Positions 41,382 to 54,130 are shown, counted from the stretch's first letter. The stretch is 64,000 bases of DNA from Nageia nagi (GCA_050084985.1 JBITNC010000001.1:53754001-53818000), one strand, 5' to 3'. Notes: generated by a model from the letters alone, not told the origin. Numbers and translations: made by a program.

Positions 41382-44300
41382 ATGAAAGTCCTATATTGGA
41401 ATGTGAGGGGTCTCAATACCCTTGTAAGGCATAAAACCTTAACAACATTGAGAAAATACTTAAAACTGGATATGGTGCTAATCCAGGAAACTAAGGTAGT
41501 TGAAGAAAATATCCCCATAGTTCATAAGAGCATCTGGTGTGATCTTGGGCTAGTGGCCCAACCTTTGAGAGGCTTAGTTGGAGGTTTATTTTATTTATGG
41601 AATGTAAATAAGTTGGAAGGAAGAGAGATTACAAGTAATGATAAATTTTTTTTGATGCTATTGAGGGATTTGGATTCCAAATTTGAATGGATGATAAATA
41701 ATGTTTATGCTCCCACAACGGTGGTTGGAAGTGCAACCTATGGAGAGATCTCAATGATTTCAAAGCTACTCATGTTGATGTATCATGGGTTCTAGCAGCA
41801 GATTTCAATTGCACCTTGCTTCCCTCTAATCAAAAATGAGGAAATGAGTTATTTACTAATCATATGGGTGAATTTGTGCTTTTCTTTTATGTAATAGACT
41901 GATGGATGTGAAGTTAAAGAAAGGAAAGTTTACTTAGAGAAATAGGAGACTCAGGGATAAGTTGATTCAATCCAAATTAGACAGGTTCTTCCTATCCTAA
42001 GAAGTAATAGAACTCTTTATGGATGTGGTATGATTTCCTTCCCAAGAATAGGGTTAGATCATAATCCAATCTTGTTGGAATTAGGGGAAAAAATGATGAT
42101 CTTTGGCCACCCTTTCCATTTTGAAAAGATGTAGCTGATGGATGGGTCATTGGAAGAATTGATAAAACTATGGTGGATGAAATCTTTTTTAGGGAATAAG
42201 TTGACTCAATACGTAAAGGAGATTTGATTCTTGAAAGGGAATTTGAAAATTTGAAACAAGGAAGTGCTGAGAAACATCTTTGTCAAAAAAGAAGAATTAC
42301 AACAAAACCTATTGGCTCTAGAAGAGAGAATAGTGAACTCAAGTTAAAACAACTAGATTAGATCCCAAGAGAAAGATTGGCTATGTGAATGGAAAGGATT
42401 TTTTGGCAAAGGAGGAAAGCTATTGGAGACATAAATCTAGGGTGAAATGGTTAAAGGAGGTAGATCACAATACCAAGTTCTTCCATATTTCAACCTTGAG
42501 GCATAGGAGTCATATTAAGATTAGAGAGATTGTCAAGGCGAATGGCTCAACCACATGAGATAAATGGCATATTAGAGGGGAGGTAGTGTTCTTCTTTATG
42601 GCCTTGATTGGTCAAGAGGACCATTGGGACTCTAAGACTACAAAGCATCTATTGCAAAATATCCTAAAGAACCTCTCAAATGATATGAATAACTATCTTT
42701 GCAATCCCTTCTCTAAAGAGGAAATCAAAAGAGTGGTCTTCAATCTAAATGGAGACAAATCCCCAAGCCTGGATGGCTTCCTAATGACTTTCTTTCAAAT
42801 ATTTTGGTACATAGCGGGTAAGGAGGTAGTAGAGGTAGTGCAAGAGGTGCAAGCTCTAAAAAGTGTGCTAAGGTACATAAATTCTATATTCATGGTATTA
42901 ATCCCCAAGATAGGTGGTGCAAAGTCTTTTGGAGACTTCAGAATGATAAGCCTCTGCAACACTTTGTATAAGATCTTTTTGAAGATCGTAGCTAATAGAT
43001 TAAATAGTATCCTCCCGTTTATCATATAATAACACCATAGGATCTTTATCAAAGGTAGGTAGATTCTAAATGGCATTATCTCTATTCATGAACTGATCCA
43101 TGCCACTATTAGTGCTTGTAAAAAAGGAATGTTCTTGAAGTTGGATATGAATAAGGCCTATGATTGGGTCTCTTGGAGGTTCTTGTTAGAGGTTTTAAGA
43201 AGCTACATGTTTGCAAAAGATTGGGTTACTCGTATTTAGGCCTAAATTTCCCCAGTAATATTTTCAATGTTGGTGAATGGATCTATAGCAAGCTACTTTC
43301 CCAGTAAGTGGTGCTTAAGAAAAGGAGATCCTCTCTCCCCTTACCTCTTCATCATTCTTATAGAATATTTAGGAAGAGCTTTCTTTGGAGCTTTAAGGGA
43401 CAAACAAATTGAAGGTATTATTTTAGCTTCAACATTTTCATTGATCATCTTTTAGCAATTTGTTGATTATACCATTGTATCCACTAGGTCCTCTCTTCCC
43501 CAAGCCAGGGTCATTAAAGGTATATTAGAAGATTATGAGAAGGAATCTCAATAAAAGGTAAATTTTGGTAAAAGTAAACTAGTCTTTATCAACACTCCTA
43601 TAGCTTTATAGTTTGCTGTGGCTAGATTTTTTGATGTGGAATTGAGGATTTTCCAGCTACATACTTAAGAATACCTCTTTTTAAAGGGAGAATTAAAGAG
43701 GAGTATTGGAACCTGAAGCTAGATAGAATAGCCAAGAAATTAGTAACATGGAAAGGGGCCCTCTTAAGTCCTCCTTAAATTAAATCTTCAAAGTATCCCA
43801 ATCCATTTGCTATTTGTGTTTAAAATATGAGGCATGGTAGGCATGAAGATCGAGCAAATCTAGAAAACCTTTCTTTGGGGAGGGGTTAAGGAGAGGAAAA
43901 GAATCTATCTTATGTCCTAGGGAAAATGTTGCCTATCTAAAAGCAAAGGAGGGTTGGGGTTGAGAAATGTGAATCTGATGAATAAATCTCTAAAGGGTAA
44001 GCTAGGCTAGAAACTTACAAAGGAGGAAGATGTCCCTTGGGTTAAGATTTTAAAGGAAAAATACCTCAAGGAGTCATCATTATTGGAGGAACTTGGAACC
44101 TTGACATGGTCATACTTTTGAAATAAAATCCAAATTCTAAGGGATTGGTTGAGAAATGCAAGAAGATGGAAGATTGGAAATGGGATGCAAGTTCGCTTTT
44201 GGGATGATCCATGGTTGATTAAAATCCCTTTGAGCCAAAGCCCTCGCTTTGGAGGTCTTAGAAGATTCCTTGAACCACACTTTGGTAGCTTGGTGAGAGA

Positions 44301-44594
44301 TTACCTTTAGAGAGGGAAAGGAAGGAAAGTGTGGGAATTTTTTATTTGTGAGGTTCCAAGGGAGTTGCAAAGAAATTTAAAGGAACTAGACCTCCTCTTG
44401 AAAGCTTATATGTTAGCAGTATGGAAGGATCAGGATGAATTTGCCTAGTTCAAGGAGAAGAGTGGTGAGTACTTAGTGAGATTAGGGTATGATTTCATAA
44501 GGCCGAAAGGAGGGGTTTGGGATTGAGCAAAGAAGGTATGGAACAAACATCTCATTCCCAAAGTAAATATGTTTTGCTAGATGGTTATGCATAA
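41382..44594 (+). pseudogene. L1 ORF2, N-terminal part (APE, RT, start of zf-RVT)
   Basis: Motifs: MKVLYWNVRGLN; IQETK; NVYAP; SKLDRF; KSPSLDGF; FRMISLCNTLYKI; KLDMNKAYD; LRKGDPLSPYLF; QFVDY. Confidence 0.95.
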
Positions 44595-44880
44595 TGTTAA
44601 AGTATTAAATTCACTTAGGAGTGTTTTATCTATTTCCTAGGCATTCTTACTTCTAGCTAGTTTGTTGTGGCGATAACCACTTCTTTGTCACTTTGTGCAT
44701 TTTACCTTCACGCATGTTTGGCATGTTGTTGTACATTAGCTAGTATTTTTCTTATTTATTTGGGCTCCATTCTCATTATGTATTGAGATCAGTTTGAGGA
44801 TTTCATCTTCTCTCTCGTTCTTGTGGTGCTCTTGCATTTTCCTTTTTGGGTGTTATTTGCTCTTCTTGTAAATCTTTGCA
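44595..44880 (+). repeat. Copia 5' LTR (286 bp)
   Basis: About 89% identical to 50246-50530 by manual alignment. Confidence 0.97.
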
Positions 44881-44892
44881 TGGTACCAGAGC
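44881..44892 (+). promoter_or_regulatory. Primer-binding site (tRNA-iMet type)
   Basis: TGGTACCAGAGC directly after the LTR. Confidence 0.9.
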
Positions 44893-46128
44893 TGGTTGGA
44901 TTCTTGCAGACATCTGGACTTCTTCTCTGAAGCTTTCTCAAATTTGATCCTTTTTCTGGGTTGTGCAATTTCTCTAGTTGCACTCCCTCTTTCTCTTCTT
45001 AGTTTGAGATCATCTAGCCTCCTTTTGAGCCCTCGATATTTTTACTACTCGTGAGGCCCCCTCTTCTCTTTAAGGGCTTCTATCCATGGCCTGCATCCCA
45101 CATCGGGTATTCTACGCACCTCTAATTCTGCAGTACTCACGTACAGATCTCACGCCCACCGTGGGCTCTCTCTCTCGCTTACATTGTGGACGACTTGGTA
45201 GCTGGGGATTCTCCAGCTCATGGCTACGGTTTAGAGCTTCATCATTCGACCCTCTGTGTGCAGACCTGCGCATCATTTTTTGAGGATCTGCTTAGCAACA
45301 TTTTTTTATGGGTGCATTGTTCTATTTTATGGTTGCTTACGTGAACTTCGGCCTTTATTCCCAGCGTTATTTGCTGTTCAACTTTTCACACCTGCATGCA
45401 CACTGCTATGTGGCTCTCTCCCCACTGGCATGGTCTATCTCTTAGCCTCCATATCTGTAAATGTTGCCTTCTCTGGCTTTACAGCTTTCTCGCGACCTCC
45501 CTCCTGCTCATCGTCTGCCTTTTTGCGTGGTGTTTTCACTGGCGTGGATCTCTCTTGGCTCCTGTTGCAGATTGTGGCTACCTCTTCAGCCTCGAGTGCG
45601 GTCATCCTTCTGCTATTCGTGGCCTTCTGTTGAACCTTCGAGCATCGCTATGTTGGCCCTTCTCTACGAATTTGTGGTTGTTGTCAGTATAGTTGTCCTT
45701 CTATTGATCGTGGTCTTGTGGGCATTGGCGTTGTGGGAGAATTGTGGCCTGGACTCATTCTCTTCCTCGACGCTGCAAAATATTTTTTTTGGTGTGTCTA
45801 TAGTTTTATGAAGTTAAAATTTATTTAATTTTAAATTGAATAAATGTTTAATTCCCCTATAGTTTAAAACGACCATTTAATTGATTTTTGGAGGCATACG
45901 GATTTAATACCGTATCTTGGGCAAACAAACTTGTATTGGAGTCCCATTTTTTGTGTTGGAAAGTTCAAGATGAGATCTTTTCAACCATTTGCATTGTAAA
46001 CCTTGACCGTGAGTTTTTTGGATGGTCATTTGAAAGTAAATAAAATTTGCGTGGGGTCTTCTTGGTGTCGAGTGCAGATTTTGCATCTCCCTTGTTGCTT
46101 GGTTCCTTGGATTATTTCATGTTTTGAG

Positions 46129-49100
46129 ATGGAGCATTCATCATTTAAAATTAAACCTCTCACACCTCATAACTATCACATTTGGAAACCATGGATGTTG
46201 ACAGTATTAGCACAAAGAGGACTAAACATGCTCATTAAGAAGCAAAAATTCACATTCAAATCAAACTATAAAACTTGGTCATTCACAAAGGTAACCAATG
46301 AAGCATTTGGGCAAATAAAATCAAATGTTAGTGAGAGTTTGTGGTTTCATCTTGATAGCATAACTACACCACATGGAGCATGGGATAAATTAGAGTTTTG
46401 TTTGGTAATGTTGACATAATGAGGGTCATGCAAATTGATGTCCAATTTACTACTTTGTCTCTTGATGACTATCCCACCATGGTTGATTATCTCACTAAAT
46501 TTAAGGAGTTGTACACACAATTGTTGGGTAGTGGTAAAAAGAAGAAATAGGATGAATGCATTTATTTGATTTTATTAAAATTGAAGGTCCCATTCCATTT
46601 ATTTTCTTCTACATTTTTCTTTACAAAGGATGCTATGGGTGATAAATTCATAATGCCTAAGTTAGAATAATTTTATGAGTGTCTTATAAGGGAAGAGACC
46701 AAAATTTCAACTCTTGAGGCATCTTCATCTTCATCTAAGGCATTGATAGCATCCAAAGGTAAAGGTAAGCCCAAGCCTAAGCCTAAGCCCACTACACCAT
46801 AGCCAACTCCAAAAGCCCCTGACTCCAAATCCACTCTAGAGAAAGAGAAGCCTACTTTTTCTTATTGTAGGAAGCTTGGACTTGTCATTAAAAAATGTTA
46901 TAAAAAGATGAGAGATGATAAAAAGAAAGCAAAAATATGAAACTTCTCATGTATTATGAAAGGCTTTGAATGCTCGTGGGAAGGAACATTCTATTTCAGA
47001 TAGTTGGGTTATGGATTTAGGTGCCTCTCATCACATGACTCGATCCAGAGAGTATTTTCCATCTCTTTGTTCTACTTATACTTCTATTATTGCAGTTGAT
47101 AATTCCTCTCACATTTATGTGAAGGGGAAAGGGGACATTCCTATTGTAGGTGGTCACATCCTTGATGTGATTTTGGTCCTTGATCTCTCTTCCAACCTTC
47201 TTTTGGTGTATCAAGTCTATAATACTAGTGGTGGGAGGATTGTTTTATTCACACTTGATAATTTTGAGATTCATAGTTTGCAAGAGCCATAGTCACTTTT
47301 TGTATGAGGTGATGTTGATCATTCCTTAGGGCTATATTAGTTTAAGGGATTTGATGATGTCAATTCAAGTACTAGGTTAGTTTCCCTCACATATTTTATG
47401 AGTAGAATTTGGCATGAGAGGTTTGGGCACCTCAACTATAAATATTTGCAGGAGTTGCATTCTCATGATATGGTTACTGGTTTGCCTAAGGTGTCTTGTT
47501 ATAATAGTGTTTTCCCTAGCTATGCCCTTGGGAAACAACATCAAGACCCTTTTCCTAAAGTTAAAGCTAATCATACATCTTCTCTCTTAGAGTTGGTGCA
47601 TAGTGAATTGATGATCTTCCCACACCCATCCTTCATTGGAGCTCAGTATGCACTATCTTTCATTGATGATTTCTTGATATGTACTTGGGTGTATTTTCTC
47701 AAGTATAGGAGTGATGTCTTTTCTCATTTCAAAGTCTTCAAGGCTTTGGTTGAGAATTAGTCTTCCAGTTGCATCAAGAAGCTTCATATAGATAATGGAG
47801 GGAGTACTTTAGCATAGATTTTTCAAAGTTCCTTGAGATGCATGGTATAATTCATTAGCATTGAGTTCCTCATACCCTATAGTATAATGGAGTTGCAAAA
47901 AGCAAGAACAAAACACTGAAGGAGATGGCTAGTTGTATGATGCATTCTCCATACTTGCCTTCTATATTTTGGGCTAAGGTAATTAATTATGTAAACTATA
48001 TTTAGAATGGCACACCTCATTAGGCACTTGATCATATGTCTCTTGAAGAGGCTTGGAGTGGAACCAAGCCAGATGTGTCTCATTTTAGAGTGTTTGGTAT
48101 TCATTCTTGGGCCTTCATTATGAATAGCAAGTGTAAGGCCTTGGAAAAGAAGAGCAAGCCTCTCATATTTGTTGGCTATAGGGAGTATATGAAGGCATAT
48201 TAACTAATTGATCCTAATACCCATGATCTTTTCTTCCACACTTATGTTCAATTTGATGAGTGCCTTCCTAATTCTCCCTCTTCATATCCTTCCTTGGTAT
48301 TACCTAACTCCTATGACACATCTTCTGAGGTCTTCCATGGGGAGGATATCCCTAAGGTTATTTCTCCCATAGTAACTCTTGATCCTCCTACACTTGTAGT
48401 TGCTACTACTTCTCCTGTTGATGTTGCATCTTCTTCCATTATTGGTAATCACATGCCCAAATGGGCTTGCTCTACACTTAAGGATATAATACCTTTCATC
48501 TAGGATCTCCCTCCTTCCCTCTGATATTCCATCAATTCCAATCTAGTTGATCAAGCAAATTCAAGTGATCCACATATTTTTTTAGAGGCTCATGGAATAC
48601 CATAGTGGGATGATGCCATGGTGGTTGAGTATTCTTCCTTACTAAAGAATAATACTTGGGAGCTTGTTTCTCTTCCCCATGGGAGGAAGTTGGTTTGATG
48701 TAAATGGGTGTATCAAACCAAGTATGTAGCTGATGGTTCCATTGAAAAGTATATGGCTCATCTTGTTGCCAAGGGGTTCTCACATGTTTAGGGAATTGAC
48801 TACTTTGAGACCTTTTCTATTATGGCCAAGATGGATTCAATTTGCCTTATACATACTCTTACTACTTCTTGGGGATGGTTGGTTTTTTAGATGGATGTGA
48901 AGAGCACCTTTTTACATGGTGATTTTCATGAGGCAATCTATATGGATCAACTTGTTAGTTTTATTTAGGATTCCTCACTTGTTTGTAGACTTATAAAATC
49001 TCTCTATGAGAAGATGGATTCTTTTCTCATCTCCATTGATTTTGTATATTTTTCCTCTGACCCTACTATCTATATCTGGAACAATGAGCAAATACCATTA

Positions 49101-50040
49101 TTGTGGTATTGTATGTTGATGATCTTCTCATCGGAACCTCCCAATCTTATATTCAAATAGTTAAACAGGCTCTCTCTTAGATATTTGAGATGGTAGATAT
49201 TTGACTTTCCCATTACTTTATTGGTTTTCAGGTGATAGAGATAGATTCAAGGACTTCCATATATTAGTAAAAGTATGCCTTGGATCTTCTTAAGCAATTT
49301 AGGATGGTGGATTGTAATCCTTCTTTGACACCTTTTCAGAGTGGGCTGACTTTGACTTCCACTTGCACTTCACCACTGTGTGATGCTACTTTATATTGCC
49401 AATTGGTTAGGAGTTTTCTATATCTCACTTATACTTGACCAGATATTTCATATGTAGTTGGCTTGTTTCTTGGTTTGCATAGACCCCTCATGAGTCTCAT
49501 TGGTAGATAGCTAAGAGGATTCTTTGATATGTGAGAGGTACTACCCACTTCAATCTGCATTATACAAGAGGTGATCCATTGTTGAGTGGATATACAGATT
49601 TTGATTGGGTTGGTTCTTCTAATGATCATTGTTCCACTTTTGGCTATGTATTTTATCTTGGTATTTATCCCATTTCTTGGTCATGCAAGAATCAATAGGC
49701 TATTACACTATCATTTACTGAGGTAGAGTATAGAGCAATTATTTATGTGATTCAGGAGGCACTTTGGCTTTGATAGTTGTTGGAGTTTGGCTATTCCCAT
49801 TCCCAGATCATAGTTATTTAGTGTGATATTCAGAGTGTAATTCATATTTTATGTAATCTTGTTGAGAATTAGCACACCAAACATATTAAGGTTCACATGT
49901 ACTTCATCTATCAACATATTTAGGATAGCATTCTTAGCTTGGAGTACATTCTTATAGAGCAATAGACTATAGACATCTTCACTAAATCCTTTGCATTACC
50001 TCATTTCCTTGAGTTTCATGGATTGCTTGGGGTGAAGGAA
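46129..50040 (+). pseudogene. Copia gag-pol pseudogene
   Basis: Motifs: LTPHNYHIWK; WVMDLGASHHMT; WHERFGHLN; LELVHSEL; DNGG; NNTWELV; MDVKSTFLHG; LYVDDLL; GYTDFDW; TKHIKVHMYF; DIFTKSF. Confidence 0.95.
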
Positions 50041-50245
50041 GTTTTTCTTGGGGGGTGTTGATGAGGACATCTTCCTCTCCATCCTCCCTTTTCTACTGTG
50101 AGATGGTTTTTTTCCCATGTGGTTTTTTCATCATCTTTTAGCGTATTCTTTACACATATTATACATGAATGCATAATCAAGCCTTTATTGTCAAGACTCA
50201 TTTCTGTGGATGTGCCACTTTATCCCCTTGTTCACTTAAGGGGGG

Positions 50246-50530
50246 TGTTAGAGTATTAAGTTCCCTTAGGAGTATTTTATCTATTTCCTAGGTATTCTTA
50301 TTTCTAGCTAGTCTATTGTGGTGATAACTACTTCTTTACACTTTATGCATTTTACCTTCATGCATGGTTGGCATGTTGTTGTACATTAGCTTGTATTTTC
50401 CCTATTTATTTGGGCTCCATTCTCATTCCTTATTGAGATCAATTTGAGGATTTCAACTTCTCTCTCATTCTTGTGGTGCTCTTGCATTTTCCTTTTTGTA
50501 TGTGATTTGCTCTTCTTGCAAATCTCCACA
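50246..50530 (+). repeat. Copia 3' LTR (285 bp), preceded by the PPT AAGGGGGG
   Basis: PPT at 50238-50245; TGTTA...CCACA ends; followed by the TSD. Confidence 0.97.
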
Positions 50531-51415
50531 CATAATAGGATTCTCTCATTAAATAATCTAAAGAGAATATGTTTTTCCTTCCTAAGTAGATTCCCCATAT
50601 ATAAGAATGAAGAGGAAGATGTGAATCACCTTTTTCTACATTTCCCTTATGTGAAAGAAATTTGGTCTAAGTTGTTTGATTCCTTCACGTGTAAATGGGT
50701 GACCCCTAGGAAGATAACTCTCCTTTGTTTACAATGGGAACCTCCAATGGAAAGTAGGAGACTAAAAGAGTTGTGGTGAATTAGTTTATCACATGTGTTA
50801 TGGGGCATTTGGAAGGAAAGGAATGCATGAATCTTCAAAGAAAAGAAGTCAAGCGAGTTGGAAGTCTAGACTAAGGCAAAAAGTCTAATTATGGACAATT
50901 TCAATATAGTCCACTTTAAGGATGATTGGAAGTCTATGAAGTAAGTAGCTATCTTAGCTGAGTGGGGAACCAATCCATATTTAGGTGCAATAAATAACAA
51001 CCCAAGGAGTAAGTGCCATTGGGAACCTCCTCTTGAGGGATTTTTTAAATTAAATTTTGATGGGACTTCTAAAAGAAACCTAGGTAAGGCAAGTATGGAG
51101 GTGTAATTTAGGACTATAAAGGATACATTATTCTAATCTATGCTTACTTGATTGTTCATAAATCAAGCTATTTTATAGAGGCAAAAGCAGTTCACAAGGG
51201 GTAGAGATTGTTGTAGAAAGGGACCTCTTTCCCTTAATGATAGAAGATGATTCTAAAACCATCATTGACCACTTGAAGGGAGTCTCAAGGTTGAGTTAGA
51301 ATATTAAGACTCTCATAAAATATTGAAAAAGAATGGTGGAAGATAAATTTATTATCTCTATGTCCTATGTTTTTTGAGAAGCTAATCACCTTGCAGATGG
51401 GTTCAAAAATGTGGG
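50531..51415 (+). pseudogene. L1 ORF2 C-terminal part (zf-RVT and RNase H)
   Basis: Motifs: HNRILSLNNL; EEDVNHLFLHF; WGIWKERNA; WEPPLEGFFKLNFDGTSK; IEDDSKTII; EANHLAD. Confidence 0.9.
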
Positions 51416-51879
51416 AATTTACAACAATAAGGGATAGATCTAGAAATTATCCCTACCCTTGTATGTTCAAAATCTTTGTATTAATAATTAATTCTATCAA
51501 AAGAATGCAAGGATTTGCTTGGCCCCCTAGGCAGTGGTATAGTGCTATATTGAAAATGTTAGGGAAGTGGATGGGAGAGACCACTATATTTACATGGGAA
51601 GAAGTGAGCTAGCAAAAAAACATGAGTGAGGTTGTCACTTCTCAAAGTCCCATACTCAAATTTGGCATTAAATTTGGAGAGGTACTTTGGATATTATACT
51701 TTAAGGTCTCTCACATGAGGGAGGTGATAGAGCTAGAAGGTGATTCAAGAAATGATGCATGCAAAATCATTGATTGCAAATCTAAGGGGTGGGAGGCCTA
51801 GGTTTGATTTATCACCATTAATTGACTCAAAATTTACAAAGCACATGCAAAGAGCCTTGGTGTTAATGATAGAATTCAA

Positions 51880-52800
51880 GACAAGGGGAGGAAACAAAGG
51901 GCACAAGGACTTCCATCTAGATCTGACAAAGCTCCTTGTAAGTGATTATGTCTAGGAAGTATTGAAGAAGGTGGGATATTGGAACGTTTTGGAGCTTTTT
52001 GAGGGTTATGATGTCAAAGTCTTCCATAAAATGGTGAAAAGCTAGGTGGAGGGATGTGTAATGGTGGGGGCCTTTTCATTTGAAATCTCCATGGTGATCT
52101 TGGTATAAATATTTAGTTTAGCAGATGAAGGTCTAAAGATCACAATGGACAAATGCTTGTAATAGACAAAGCTTAATTTTTTCTCTTCCTTGAAGATAAT
52201 TGGTTGGAATGGGAAATACATCCTAAGAGAATAATTTCCTCAACCATGGTCGAAGGTAGATGGTATAATTATTAATTACTTCACCCTAGATACATAGATG
52301 AAATAGGTGCATGGATACCATTTGGTGATCCTGAACCATATCTGATGGTGAAAGAGGGTCAACATTTGTTATTTTATGTTAAAATAATTAGAGAAACTAT
52401 TGGAACACTTTCATAATGGGAGAACAAAATTTACCTTGCATTAAGGGCTCTTTCTACTCATTTCTAAATTCATGGCCAAAAAATAGGGTTGGATGGGGGA
52501 CTCTGATGATCTCATGCAAATAATCAAGAAACCTAAGTGTGGAACTCTTATATGGAATCAAAAACATAAGAAACAAGCTAAAGGAGGGATTGCATCTCAT
52601 AGAGGAGGAGCAAGGGGGTGGTGAAGGAGGACTATGAGGACTTTAATGAAGTGATACCTCCAACATCTCTAGTAGTCAAGCAAGGATCTATGAAGAAGGT
52701 AAGGATGACACATGGGGTGTTGTTGAAGGATATTGGAGCCATTAAAGAAGCTCTCTTGGTAGGATTGAACAACATCATCATGATGGTCAATAAGCTCTAG
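51880..52800 (+). pseudogene. Extra ORF (ORF3) in the L1 3' region, homologous to Athila accessory ORF 1
   Basis: One frame (51880-52485) interrupted only by stops reads GGNKGHK...EVLKKVGYWNVLELFEGYD...FPQPWSKVDGIIINYFTLD...VHGYHLVILNHI...RVNICYFML...LH*GLFLLI. The extension to 52800 is tentative. Confidence 0.72.
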
Positions 52801-53121
52801 CAACATGTTTACAACGAGTTAGATGTGTAGTGTCAGGTGTTGTTTATGTTGTGGCTATGTGTTTTGACCCAAAAGTGTAGTGGGTGTGGTAGTGTTATAT
52901 CTTGGAATATGTTTATTTCATTATTTATTTTGGCCTAGAATGGCATAGGGTAATGTGGCCTTGTTCTATGCATTGTTGTAGGGTGCTAGAAGACATAATA
53001 GGTGTTTTTTCCAACTAGTGGATTTTTTTGTAAGGTCCTAAAATGAAGTTGAATATCACAAGGCACATGTAAAAATTTTTATTAGTTCCCTTTAAAAACC
53101 ATCACTAATATAAAAAAAAAA

Positions 53122-53360
53122 AATCTAACTACATCCAAGTGTCTTCTTGATTCCTCTATCTTTCATCAATGTTCTTAATCTTTGAACATCATCCGAGTTG
53201 CCCACTTCAACATAAATATTTGAAAGAACATAATATGGAGCATATTTAGGCTATAATAAAAAAAAGGATCTAAAAGTACCAAGTAGACATATACACACAC
53301 CCAATTCAGATTTTATGGGCATCTTGGCAATGAAAATAAAATCTTCCTCAAGATAGCCTA
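53122..53360 (-). pseudogene. PPR S2/E1/E2 fragment, copy 3 (the L1 target)
   Basis: Reads GYLEEDFIFIAKMPIKSELGVCICLLGTFRS...PKYAPYYVLSNIYVEVGNSDDVQRLRTLMKDRGIKKTLGCS*I. Confidence 0.92.
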
Positions 53361-54130
53361 GATGATATACCAAATTTGCATGAATTATGTAATACAATTG
53401 ATCTTTGAAAGCCTTATAAACCAGCCTTTTCACTTCTATCATTAAAAAATTCTAATAATTAAATATAAACAATAATTTATAGTAGTTAAATATATAAAAT
53501 ATGGTCTAATTCCACCCAAACTATTATTAGTATGGTTATTTATGGATAGTTAAAAGTTGCATCAATCGACAACATTATCTATTTGTATAGCAGTTGCATT
53601 CACTTGACAATATGATGTTAACAATCAACAACATTGTCTATTTGTACAAATCTTTAATAACAACACTTTTTGAAAAAAATAAATAAATAATATTTTTGTT
53701 TCTACCTGAAAGCTTGCACCATGTCATTGGGCAAGACTCTTTAGATATTTCATTACTTTGCATCAATAATTATCTCTACAAGAACATTCTCCATGTTTGA
53801 AATGATGAAATTGGTTTACATCCATCACAATAATGTCCCTTACAACAACCTAGAAATATGTCATGAATTTTTTTTATAAGAAACTCATTTATGTTATGTG
53901 CCCAATAGGCAAATCAAATTTACATTAATTATATAATAAAGCAAATTTTTAAAAGCCTTATAGACCACAATTTTTGCTTCTAACATTAAAGAAGTAAAAT
54001 AATTAAATGTGAATAACAATATTAAGTAGTTAAATATATGGAACATGGTCTGATTCCACCCAAAAAATATCTAAGTAGTTAAATATACAATAATTTTAAG
54101 TAGTTAAATATACAAAACATGGTCTATATG
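53361..54130 (-). repeat. Modular mosaic repeat (right part)
   Basis: Same AT-rich modules as 35740-39720. Confidence 0.85.
53763..53858 (-). pseudogene. DYW-domain C-terminal fragment
   Basis: Reads VVVRDIIVMDVNQFHHFKHGECSCRDNY*. Confidence 0.9.

Larger units (their letters stand above)
44595..50530 (+). mobile_element. Complete but degenerate Ty1/copia LTR retrotransposon
   Basis: Two TG..CA LTRs, TSD CATAA (44590-44594 and 50531-50535), PBS, PPT and gag-PR-INT-RT-RH order. Removing it restores the L1 frame MVMHNRILSLNNL. Confidence 0.97.
39867..53121 (+). mobile_element. Full-length L1-clade LINE (ORF1, ORF2 with RNase H, extra 3' ORF, poly-A), interrupted by a copia
   Basis: TSD AATCCAACTACATC (39853-39866) / AATCTAACTACATC (53122-53135). 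Poly-A starts at 53112. Domain order is intact. Confidence 0.93.

Noticed and set aside
45086-45811. Several overlapping 65-125 aa ORFs in the copia leader
   Set aside because: They are open in multiple frames because the tract is GC-rich and stop-poor, and they show no recognisable motif.
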